From a virus (taxonomy: Duplodnaviria; Caudoviricetes), in IMG/VR virus record IMGVR_UViG_3300020045_014929, positions 1-33,372 of that record: 33,372 nt of DNA. One strand, written 5' to 3'. The position numbers and the translations under genes were made by a program. Below are positions 24,081 through 33,372 of this stretch, piece by piece. Each line of letters starts with the position of its first letter. Within the stretch, counting starts at the first letter, position 1. A model generated the notes under the pieces. The model saw only the letters and a list, made by a program, of their open reading frames with translations, did no database searches and was not told the DNA's origin.

Positions 24081-26300
24081 TTATGTTTGTGTTGCCCCAA
24101 CTATCATGTTGATGCGACTTCCATCATCATATAAAATTAATGCCGTAATTTCATTCCCCGGATAATCATAAATCGTCCAGACCTGTGTTGAAATAGTGTA
24201 GCGCATTACGCAACTTTCGTAAAAAACTCCTTCAACTGTGAGTGGACCCACATGCCATTCAACCGCATCCAAATTATTATAAATTCCTTTCACTTCAGGA
24301 TAGTAATCTCTTGGAATTGCTTGAATGAAATCAATGACTCGGCGTGAAATTTCTACCGGCTGACTATCGTAAGCAAACTGGTAAAAACCAGAGGAGTGAT
24401 GGAAGTAGAGACCATTCTTCGTCTGCACAATAGATTCTTGAGAGTAAGTCCCCACATTGTAAGCAGGATATGAGTCAACAGAAAATGCTCCGTAGATTCG
24501 GTAAATAGTGTCTTGCTTGAAAAGAAGCAACGCGCGTGGTGTAGTAAACATGCCAGTTATTTTCTGGCCATTCTGAGGAGAGAAATTTTTAATGAAATTT
24601 GTGTCAGGATCGTAAGTAAGAGTGTATAGATCTGGTGGAGTAAATTGAACGATATCAGTGAAATAAACGACATCGTAGAGCTTGTCAGCTACCCACACAC
24701 GACCTTCAAATCCAGCTTGAATATAATCGCCCGGAGGGAAACCAGCAGGGACTAAATCAGTTCCAAAATTTCCACCACTCGAAGTCATCACAGGATCCCC
24801 GACAGTAGCATTTCCATTTACCATCCAAATATAATTTAAGTATTGAGTGAAACGAGCCTTTTCGATATTCTGGAGACCCGATCTTCGAACAGTCCAGCTT
24901 GAACCATTCCAGTTTTCAATATCTCCATTGCCTTCCTGAGCATACAAATAATTTCCTACAACAATATCTCCTCTCAAAATAAAGGTAGCTCCTACCCCAT
25001 GATTTGAAGTCAATTTCCAAAAATCCACAACTCTGTAAGTGCTGATTAATACGGGAGCGTTATACATGATTCCGGAAACAGTCCCTAGACTCTGCTTAAA
25101 TCCAAGCTGAGTAATATCAAAAGTCCCCGGATCAACTTCGAAAACTTGAGTATATCCAGTAGAAGCAGGTCCCTCCCAGAAGTTCGCAAAGTGCTCTCCA
25201 TCTCCGAGAGAAATCGCGGCATTCGCAAAACCAGTCGTATCAAAAGTCAGAGGGCTTCCAACGGCAACCACCGCGAAGGTTCCAAGATCGACAGCTACCA
25301 CTTGGCATTTGCCAGCAGCCGCCGTTCCTCTCCAGAAATTTATGAAATGTTCTCCGTCTCCGATTGCAACGGCAGAATTGTAAGAAGCATCCGCAGTATC
25401 AAATTCCAATGGAGAGCCGAGTGCAGTGACAGCCCAAGTTCCCGTATTCACTTCCAATACTTGAGCAAAGCCATCTCCAGCAGCCCCCTGCCAAAAATTT
25501 ATAAAATGGTCTCCATCGCCTAACGCAACAAGAGAATTGTAGCCGTTGGCTACAGCGTCAAAAGTAAGAGGAGAGTTGGGTTGAGTGACCGCCCAAGTTC
25601 CAAGATTCACTTCAAGGATTTCAGCAATGCCGATATTTCCCGGACCAGTGTAAGTGATTAAAAAGTGATTCGCATCAGATTGTGCCACAGAAATATATAC
25701 TGCAAAGCTAGTATTGAATTCAAGAGCGCTTCCTTCAGCAGTTACAGCGAAAGTCACCAAATTCACAGTGAAAATTTGAGCAAAGCCATCAGTCCCCGGA
25801 CCCGCCCATAAATTTAAGAAGTGGCTTGAATCAACTGCGATGCAAGCATTGTAAGAGTTATCGGCAACATCAAATTCGAGTGGCGTTCCGATTGGTGTAA
25901 TTGTCCCCACAACTGGATCAACTAGCATAACTTGAGCAAAGCCATCGTCATCAGTTCCTTGCCAGAAAACAAGAACATGGGTGTCATCTACTCTCACTGC
26001 TGACATAAAACTGGCAGTGTCATCATCAAAAGTGCTAGTAGGAGCGAGCTTCGTGATATTGGTGAACCCCGGACCAGCAATCGCATTATTCAAAGTTCCA
26101 AAATTTCGAATTGGATCAATAAGAGTGTCCGCGTAAGTCTCAATACCCTTGCGAGTTTGCACCGCACCGACACGATCAAAATTCATATTCACCGCGTTTT
26201 GAACTGAGTCCGAAGGCGCAACTGTATCATCAAGAGCTGCCGTGCGGACGACTCCTTCAGTTGGATATGGAATTTTAATGTCTTGTAAAGGTGTTGGCAT
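24081..26300 (-). CDS. Putative tail nozzle / tail tubular protein B-like (P22 gp10/T7 gp12-type) with inserted beta-propeller
   Basis: N-terminal N.NFD..G.VQTRKG and later RVWV, LLLFKQD.IYRI, GTYSQESIV, LYF...GFY, ISRRV; follows the adaptor-like gene. Confidence 0.7.
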   Translation of the reverse strand: MPTPLQDIKIPYPTEGVVRTAALDDTVAPSDSVQNAVNMNFDRVGAVQTRKGIETYADTLIDPIRNFGTLNNAIAGPGFTNITKLAPTSTFDDDTASFMSAVRVDDTHVLVFWQGTDDDGFAQVMLVDPVVGTITPIGTPLEFDVADNSYNACIAVDSSHFLNLWAGPGTDGFAQIFTVNLVTFAVTAEGSALEFNTSFAVYISVAQSDANHFLITYTGPGNIGIAEILEVNLGTWAVTQPNSPLTFDAVANGYNSLVALGDGDHFINFWQGAAGDGFAQVLEVNTGTWAVTALGSPLEFDTADASYNSAVAIGDGEHFINFWRGTAAAGKCQVVAVDLGTFAVVAVGSPLTFDTTGFANAAISLGDGEHFANFWEGPASTGYTQVFEVDPGTFDITQLGFKQSLGTVSGIMYNAPVLISTYRVVDFWKLTSNHGVGATFILRGDIVVGNYLYAQEGNGDIENWNGSSWTVRRSGLQNIEKARFTQYLNYIWMVNGNATVGDPVMTSSGGNFGTDLVPAGFPPGDYIQAGFEGRVWVADKLYDVVYFTDIVQFTPPDLYTLTYDPDTNFIKNFSPQNGQKITGMFTTPRALLLFKQDTIYRIYGAFSVDSYPAYNVGTYSQESIVQTKNGLYFHHSSGFYQFAYDSQPVEISRRVIDFIQAIPRDYYPEVKGIYNNLDAVEWHVGPLTVEGVFYESCVMRYTISTQVWTIYDYPGNEITALILYDDGSRINMIVGATQT
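24966..26060 (-). repeat. Seven ~52-aa protein repeats (beta-propeller blades)
   Basis: Consensus YNS.VA.GDG.HF.NFW.G...G.AQV..V..GT..VT..G.PL.FD; six clear copies and one degenerate. Confidence 0.8.
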
Positions 26301-26308
26301 AAATTTAA

Positions 26309-26352
26309 TCTACCCATCCTTGCCCCCGATAAATGTCTAGGGGCAAAGTAGA
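26309..26352 (-). terminator. Intergenic stem-loop (terminator or processing site)
   Basis: On the - strand TCTAC-TTTGCCCC...GGGGCAAG-gatgg-GTAGA just after the stop of 26357-26710; U-tract weak. Confidence 0.5.
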
Positions 26353-26356
26353 AAGA

Positions 26357-26710
26357 CTAAGCTGTAGGGCCAGTAGGACCAGTGTCTCCTGTAGGACCTG
26401 TAGGGCCAGTAGGACCTGTTGGACCCGTAGGGCCAGTAGGACCAGTGTCTCCTGTAGGGCCGGTAGGACCTTCCGTACCGACTACTGAAGCAGTCCAAGT
26501 TGGAGATGCAGTCGTTCCAGTGTTGACATAGTTTCCTATGGCAGTACCAGCTTGGATTTGGAGCATCGCTCGTGGCGCGAAGATCCCTGCGTAAGTTGCT
26601 CCATCAGGAACAGCCGCCGCAGTATCGAGAGAAGCGAACAAAACCAGTTGCGTAACTGGATCTGCATCAATAATGTTCATTCTCGAAAGTCTAGGTTGTG
26701 TGTAACCCAT
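26357..26710 (-). CDS. Small virion protein with C-terminal collagen-like (GPT)n tail
   Basis: 13 consecutive Gly-X-Y triplets, mostly GPT; N-domain YVNTGT...PTW motif typical of head-fibre/decoration proteins. Confidence 0.8.
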   Translation of the reverse strand: MGYTQPRLSRMNIIDADPVTQLVLFASLDTAAAVPDGATYAGIFAPRAMLQIQAGTAIGNYVNTGTTASPTWTASVVGTEGPTGPTGDTGPTGPTGPTGPTGPTGPTGDTGPTGPTA

Positions 26711-26739
26711 AAATTTTAACGCAGTAGGATGCGAGCCAT

Positions 26740-28134
26740 TTAATCTGTTGTAATAATTGTTTGCTGACCTGTATATAAATTCTCAAAGAGGGCATCGAGC
26801 AAGTCATCAAACTTTTTCAAGTCTGCATCATCGTCCGGCAATGTAATATCTTTACGATATTTAATTGCATACCTCAAATAAAATTTATAATTTTCTCTGT
26901 AATATTCTGGCAATTCTTGATACAGATCAGTCACCTCTTCCAATAACTTGTAGTAATCCAAATAGCAGTTGTTGCCCTGCATTGAATCCGGAATTATGCG
27001 ATCGAAAAATAGCTTTCCCTCGTACACAGTGTAAAACGCTGGTTGCGCGATTGATGGGTTCGACCATACCCGCGTCCCCGCAGGGATAGCTCTCGTAATT
27101 CCGGTTACTCCGGTTAATTGGTTGGTGGCTTGGTTGACTCCGGTGTATGCAATCTGCATGATGGTCTGGTTGTAAGCTGTGGTTGCTACATACGCTACAC
27201 CGCCGTTTGTAGTCCAGAAATCTCCCGCACTATCTAAGTCCAAAGTAGCTGCTCCGATGCTTGCATCTACTGTACTATATCCTCCTTGCACTTGAAACGA
27301 AACTTGGTTCCATGATCTCTTGTCGATATATCGAAGATTAAATGGAGCCAAAACATTTCCAAGAAGAAATCTCACAGCAAGGACTGACCTATCTGTATCA
27401 CTAAAATCAATATTGGAAGGAAGATCAATGAAATTATTTCCAGCAAGAACTTTTACAGGAAATTCAAACTCTTCCCTCCAAGAAAAACGAATCCCCGAGA
27501 GGCGAGCTTGTGTGAATTTTCTGGCATCATTGACAGCTTCAATACAAAATTCTGTAGTAATTTTTGGGTCATTCAACGAAACTCCCATTGCTTTCAGAAC
27601 AGGAAAGATGATGCTTGCAACTGAGTTGGTAGGATAAGCAAGCACACTGATTGGATCTGAGAAATCAGAGAGAGCTCCCGTCTGAGAATTTTTCCACTGG
27701 ACTTTATAATAATCTGTGACAAGACCATTTGGATCAAAAATTATAGTTTGTTGCTGAGTAATTTGAAGTGTCTGAGTAGCCAAAGTCGTATATGACCCAT
27801 TGATGGTGGCCGATTTAGCAATAACGATTTGATCATATCGAACTTGCTGAACCAAATCCCCGCGATTGTGAAGTTGTTTTGTCGCCGCAATCGTGAAGGC
27901 TTGGTCTATGTGTGAAGAAGAAACCACGAATTCGCAATTTTCCGCACCCATAGAAGAAAGCAGAAGCACTATTGCCCCTGAATCGAAGTCGGAGGCGTTA
28001 TCCACAGGGAGGGTAGTAGAACCTATCGGAAGATTTGTCCCAAAATAAGTGAATGCTCTAACATCGAGTTGGTTTGGAACTGAAATCGTGTTCCCTATAT
28101 TATGTTTTACTACGATCTGTGGAAATTTTGACAT
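26740..28134 (-). CDS. Putative head-tail adaptor / tail tubular protein A-like with extra beta domains
   Basis: Helical core (EAVNDARK...LPSNIDF...P..Y...LP..Y) upstream of the nozzle-like gene; function inferred from pattern and synteny. Confidence 0.55.
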   Translation of the reverse strand: MSKFPQIVVKHNIGNTISVPNQLDVRAFTYFGTNLPIGSTTLPVDNASDFDSGAIVLLLSSMGAENCEFVVSSSHIDQAFTIAATKQLHNRGDLVQQVRYDQIVIAKSATINGSYTTLATQTLQITQQQTIIFDPNGLVTDYYKVQWKNSQTGALSDFSDPISVLAYPTNSVASIIFPVLKAMGVSLNDPKITTEFCIEAVNDARKFTQARLSGIRFSWREEFEFPVKVLAGNNFIDLPSNIDFSDTDRSVLAVRFLLGNVLAPFNLRYIDKRSWNQVSFQVQGGYSTVDASIGAATLDLDSAGDFWTTNGGVAYVATTAYNQTIMQIAYTGVNQATNQLTGVTGITRAIPAGTRVWSNPSIAQPAFYTVYEGKLFFDRIIPDSMQGNNCYLDYYKLLEEVTDLYQELPEYYRENYKFYLRYAIKYRKDITLPDDDADLKKFDDLLDALFENLYTGQQTIITTD

Positions 28135-28156
28135 ATATTAATTGTTATTATTGATA

Positions 28157-28216
28157 ATTCCCCCCAAGAAAGAAAATTCATTCGAATTCTCTTTTCTAGG
28201 GGGAATCCCCTAGAAA
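28157..28216 (-). promoter_or_regulatory. Two overlapping, mutually exclusive RNA hairpins
   Basis: 23-bp stem (28157-28179 with 28184-28206, one mismatch, three G-U on the - strand) and perfect 10-bp stem (28193-28202 with 28207-28216). Confidence 0.7.
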
Positions 28217-28223
28217 CAGTATA

Positions 28224-28472
28224 CTACGAATTCGTAAAAGTTTTCTTTCCACCGGCATACAATCCACAAGCGGTAAGCCCTAACACTACTCCTTGTAGTA
28301 TGATCGCACCAGAGATAACGAAGTCACTGGCAAGATACACCGCGACCACTCCTGAAAGAAGTGACACAAGCGGAGCAAATCTTGTAGAGAGTTTCAATGC
28401 TCTCTTCAACACCTCAACGAAACCTACTACCACTGGAACCAAAACTAGAAATGTGACTGATAGTTCTAACAT
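28224..28472 (-). CDS. Holin
   Basis: 82 aa, three hydrophobic segments, VEVLKR...RFAPL...GL.ACGLY.GGK; adjacent to the endolysin. Confidence 0.85.
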   Translation of the reverse strand: MLELSVTFLVLVPVVVGFVEVLKRALKLSTRFAPLVSLLSGVVAVYLASDFVISGAIILQGVVLGLTACGLYAGGKKTFTNS

Positions 28473-28488
28473 ACGATTATAATATTAC

Positions 28489-29547
28489 TTATAATGAATT
28501 CAATTTCCCTCTTGTGGCGGGTCCGACAACCCCGTCACTCACCAAATTATTGGCTGTTTGGAAATTCATAACTCCGTTGCGTGTGACATTCCCGAAGTTT
28601 TCAGTGGTCCCCACATTGGAAGGAAAGAATCCTTTTGCCTTCAAACGCTCTTGAAGAATCTTAACCTCTGGATCCACCATCCCAAATTTCAGAGTCTTTG
28701 TCAGTTGAGGTATTGCAGGAGGGAGTTCTCCTTCTTCGTAATTAAAACTCATTGGATATTTGATTAAGAAATTTCTTGCATTGAAAAATTCTCGTGTCAC
28801 ATACCTCACCGCCCTACCTCCGAAATGAGCAGAATCCTCAATTTTCAAAACTTGCTCACCATTGACAATAGAAATATCTGTGGCAAGCCCAAAATCTACA
28901 CTCGCAACACTATGCCTCGATGATCTTGGGTCATACGGACCAGCAAGATCATCAATTATTTTCGGAACTTCCAACCCCCATTCTCGAGAAGTGAAATAAA
29001 ACCAAGTCATCACTCCTTTTCCTGTTGTTTGAATAGTGGAAGCTACGCGATCAAAATCTCCATTAGGAATTGTGATATGTTTCCCCAACTTAAATCCTTT
29101 CGCCACCTCCTTCGCAAAAAGAGAAATTTCAAATGAGTCAGCTTCTCGAATCTGATTACTTTTGCACACGGCTTCAAGAGTAATACCTCTAGTCTGCCAT
29201 ATTTCAAAAGCATCATTCCCCACCATCCCGCCATCTGGTTTATTTACTCGGTAATCGTAAATAGAGTTGGGGCTAAAAAGAATAAATTCTTTTGTCTTAA
29301 GCCAAAAATTAATCAGAGCTAGTTTTGCAATAGTGAAAGCCACGCATTTGAAGGTAAAAAATTGATTCAATTCTGGGAAAGCCCGAAACTCATCTTTCTT
29401 TTTCTTCAACCAAACTACTTCATTAGCAGATGCCACAAATTCAGTTTGAGAAATATCTTTGGACTTCTCCTCTTCTGTGCGAAGATCGGCCGCTCCCTGA
29501 TACCCTTCATAAAATTTGTCTATTCCATTGTCTAAATTTTCATCCAT
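28489..29547 (-). CDS. Endolysin: papain-like cysteine peptidase with C-terminal peptidoglycan-binding domain
   Basis: NQ...KCVAF (Gln/Cys), SP..IY, RHSVA (His), IEDS; C-terminal LKFG...VK.LQ..L...FG..T...V..FQ...L..DGVVGPATR. Confidence 0.8.
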   Translation of the reverse strand: MDENLDNGIDKFYEGYQGAADLRTEEEKSKDISQTEFVASANEVVWLKKKKDEFRAFPELNQFFTFKCVAFTIAKLALINFWLKTKEFILFSPNSIYDYRVNKPDGGMVGNDAFEIWQTRGITLEAVCKSNQIREADSFEISLFAKEVAKGFKLGKHITIPNGDFDRVASTIQTTGKGVMTWFYFTSREWGLEVPKIIDDLAGPYDPRSSRHSVASVDFGLATDISIVNGEQVLKIEDSAHFGGRAVRYVTREFFNARNFLIKYPMSFNYEEGELPPAIPQLTKTLKFGMVDPEVKILQERLKAKGFFPSNVGTTENFGNVTRNGVMNFQTANNLVSDGVVGPATRGKLNSL

Positions 29548-29548
29548 A

Positions 29549-29830
29549 TTATTTTTTGCTTGAAGAAATTACGATTATTAATTGTTTTTGCAACTCAATA
29601 ATTTGTTGTTTTTGCTCCTTCTGGTCTTGCATAATATCTTGGATATGTTGTTCGTGGTTGCTGTTTATTTGAGTAATATTTTGCTGAATCAGTGCAATAT
29701 CTTGTTTCATTCCATAGAACGGCCCGGCAACACCAAACACAAAAACAATAATTCCCAGCACAAATTTCACCTCAGAGGTGAGGACTTTTTTTATCAGATT
29801 TTCTTCTTGTGCTTTTTTGTTTTCGTCCAT
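29549..29830 (-). CDS. Single-TM coiled-coil protein, lysis-cassette associated
   Basis: FVLGIIVFVFGVAG TM helix followed by Gln-rich heptads; directly upstream of the endolysin. Confidence 0.7.
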   Translation of the reverse strand: MDENKKAQEENLIKKVLTSEVKFVLGIIVFVFGVAGPFYGMKQDIALIQQNITQINSNHEQHIQDIMQDQKEQKQQIIELQKQLIIVISSSKK

Positions 29831-29834
29831 AATT

Positions 29835-31394
29835 TCATGTTAACTCATTAATATCTTTGACTGCGGTTCCAATCGAAGCCCCTCTAAGAATATTGATACC
29901 AGTTTTTATTGCAAGCCCATTAATATCCGTAATGCTCGCCAACTGGAATATCCATCCCGATCCACCTCCTGTTGAATGCGCCCCTGCGTAGAAAGTGGCA
30001 CCTCCAGTAGTGGAACAACTGGTGACAGTTAGATAATCACACGACACGATTCCACTCGCGATAGAGAGAGTCGGCGCCGTTCCTCCGGCATCTTTCGTCA
30101 AAGTGACTGGATGACCATTATTCCCTGCTACATGAAAACCAGTGGTTGATGTTTGAGCGGCAAAGGTATAAGTATTGGAGTTTTTCCACTGAATTGTATG
30201 GGTGCCAGTACCATCATCAAGATAATTATTACAAAGAAATCTAGTCGTGTGAATTACTTTTCCAGTGCTTGTCCCTCGGGCGTACCAGATATTGTAAAAA
30301 GTATCATCATTCCAAGTGCAAGTGATATCTGTGTTGCTCGTATCTGTAAATTTAATTGTAGAGGTAGATTCATTAATTGTTGGAGGAGAAGCGCCGTCAA
30401 TAAAGAATACTGCAACACCTCCAGAACCCGCAGTTCCAGTAATCGTCCAAGTTCCCGTCCCAAAATTCACTACTACAGTTTTTCCAAGAGACCTTCCTGC
30501 TGCGAAATTTGGAGTCGTTATGTTGAAATTGTTTGCAGTGAATGTTCCATCCGTCACAGTTATTCCTTGATCGGAAACAAAGGTGCTTTGAATTGTCAGA
30601 GTAATTCCCGATCCCGCACAAGTGACAATAGGTAAAGTTTTCCCTCCTGAAGTCAGAGAAGCAGTAGCAATAAAGTTCAGCTGAGAATCTGTGTGAGAAA
30701 GAGTCATGCCTGAGACGAATACCACACTTCCCGACATGTTGAGAGTGTTTGCATTATTCCCCATATCAAATGTTCCAGCAAAACTGGTACAAGTGAGAGT
30801 TTTGGCACTTCTTGAACCGGACAAAGTTATTGTATTTGTTCCAGAATTCCCATCAAAAAATACATCGTCTGAAGCTGTTGGCACGGCTGAGCCAGCTCCT
30901 CCTCCAGAAGTCGTTGACCATTTTCCGGTAGCTGTAGCATTCCAAGTACCTCCTGCGGTCAGAACCCAGAAGCGGTTGGCATTGTGGACTAGAATTTCAT
31001 TGATGTAGTAAGTGTGGTCTCCAGAAACTTCCAAGCGGTGAAAATAATAATCACCTTTTATTTTTTTGATGCTAGTGATTCTCTCACGAGTACCATCTTT
31101 TCGGTCAAGCATATCGCCCTTTTTTACTTCAAAAGCGTGGATAGCATTCCCATCAATCATTAAGCTCTGGTCTTTGTAAACGAAAAGGTCTTTATTAATG
31201 AGATAAAAATAATCGTTCTTTTTTACATTTTTTTCCACCTTATTCACCACATTAATTTTTCCACCTTCACCAATGATTCGATTGCCCTTTTTTAATTTCT
31301 CTATGCTGATAATACCCTTGTCAGTGATAACAAGTTGTGGTATCGCAAAGATTCGAGCTTTCTCCTCTTTAGTTGTGAAAAAATTTTTGAACAT
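29835..31394 (-). CDS. Virion adhesin with N-terminal Hint (intein-like) autoprocessing domain
   Basis: Likely start ATG at 31394 (MFKNFF); Hint blocks V.T..G...IE.L..G, VKKGD.L, RLEVSGDHTYYINEILVHN; then a domain closely paralogous to the N-terminus of 21366-24077. Confidence 0.88.
   Translation of the reverse strand: MFKNFFTTKEEKARIFAIPQLVITDKGIISIEKLKKGNRIIGEGGKINVVNKVEKNVKKNDYFYLINKDLFVYKDQSLMIDGNAIHAFEVKKGDMLDRKDGTRERITSIKKIKGDYYFHRLEVSGDHTYYINEILVHNANRFWVLTAGGTWNATATGKWSTTSGGGAGSAVPTASDDVFFDGNSGTNTITLSGSRSAKTLTCTSFAGTFDMGNNANTLNMSGSVVFVSGMTLSHTDSQLNFIATASLTSGGKTLPIVTCAGSGITLTIQSTFVSDQGITVTDGTFTANNFNITTPNFAAGRSLGKTVVVNFGTGTWTITGTAGSGGVAVFFIDGASPPTINESTSTIKFTDTSNTDITCTWNDDTFYNIWYARGTSTGKVIHTTRFLCNNYLDDGTGTHTIQWKNSNTYTFAAQTSTTGFHVAGNNGHPVTLTKDAGGTAPTLSIASGIVSCDYLTVTSCSTTGGATFYAGAHSTGGGSGWIFQLASITDINGLAIKTGINILRGASIGTAVKDINELT
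30981..31352 (-). other. Hint domain without homing endonuclease, predicted C-terminal cleavage only
   Basis: Ends ...LVHN followed by Ala; position 1 is Ile not Cys/Ser; block B reads YKDQ instead of TxxH. Confidence 0.85.
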
Positions 31395-31396
31395 AA

Positions 31397-33372
<1,976 letters not shown>

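Noticed and set aside
24075-24083. Genome-wide stop codon reassignment
   Set aside because: Coding density is high under code 11 and all three stops end genes cleanly; the in-frame TAA is a local case.
27998-28006. Additional perfect DnaA box
   Set aside because: Lies within a coding region with no adjacent promoter; compatible with chance.
28476-28503. Promoter-like TTGAAT-16-TATAAT on the - strand upstream of the holin
   Set aside because: The -10 is only 3 nt from the holin ATG, so transcription would start inside the gene; the AT-rich context makes a chance match likely.
23021-30980. Diversity-generating retroelement template/variable repeat pair
   Set aside because: Both copies are long coding paralogs, differences are not confined to adenines, and no reverse transcriptase is present in the window.
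30981-31352. Canonical splicing intein or mobile homing element
   Set aside because: No N-terminal Cys/Ser, no block B His, +1 residue is Ala and there is no endonuclease domain.

Overview
The window is most of the genome of a dsDNA tailed phage, probably with podovirus-like (P22/T7-type short tail) architecture. It has two convergent arms. The + arm (314-15944) carries small early hypothetical genes, a replication module (putative SSB, primase-polymerase fused to a D5/P4-type SF3 helicase, SF2 helicase), a RecU-like nuclease, a ribbon-helix-helix regulator, a nitroreductase, a GT2-TPR glycosyltransferase and a PD-(D/E)xK nuclease. The - arm (16142-33372) carries collagen-like fibre proteins, a Hint-domain-capped adhesin, a lysis cassette (papain-like endolysin, holin), a putative adaptor, a putative tail nozzle, a large adhesin and three probable ejection proteins. 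I could not identify terminase, portal, capsid, DNA polymerase or integrase genes; the packaging and head genes probably lie beyond 33372. Genes lack Shine-Dalgarno motifs while promoters are near-consensus sigma70, which suggests a Patescibacteria/CPR-like host (inference). Main observations: (1) a non-splicing, C-terminal-cleavage-only Hint domain whose predicted cut releases an adhesin with the same N-terminus as its Hint-less paralog; (2) a putative nozzle gene that carries an inserted 7-blade propeller and appears split, with its C-terminal part on the next, in-frame adhesin gene; (3) promoters with GACACC tandem operators and DnaA boxes, one driving an RHH regulator; (4) a candidate ~107-nt rod-like ncRNA with its own promoter between the two arms. 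All calls come from motif reading by eye; no database searches were run.
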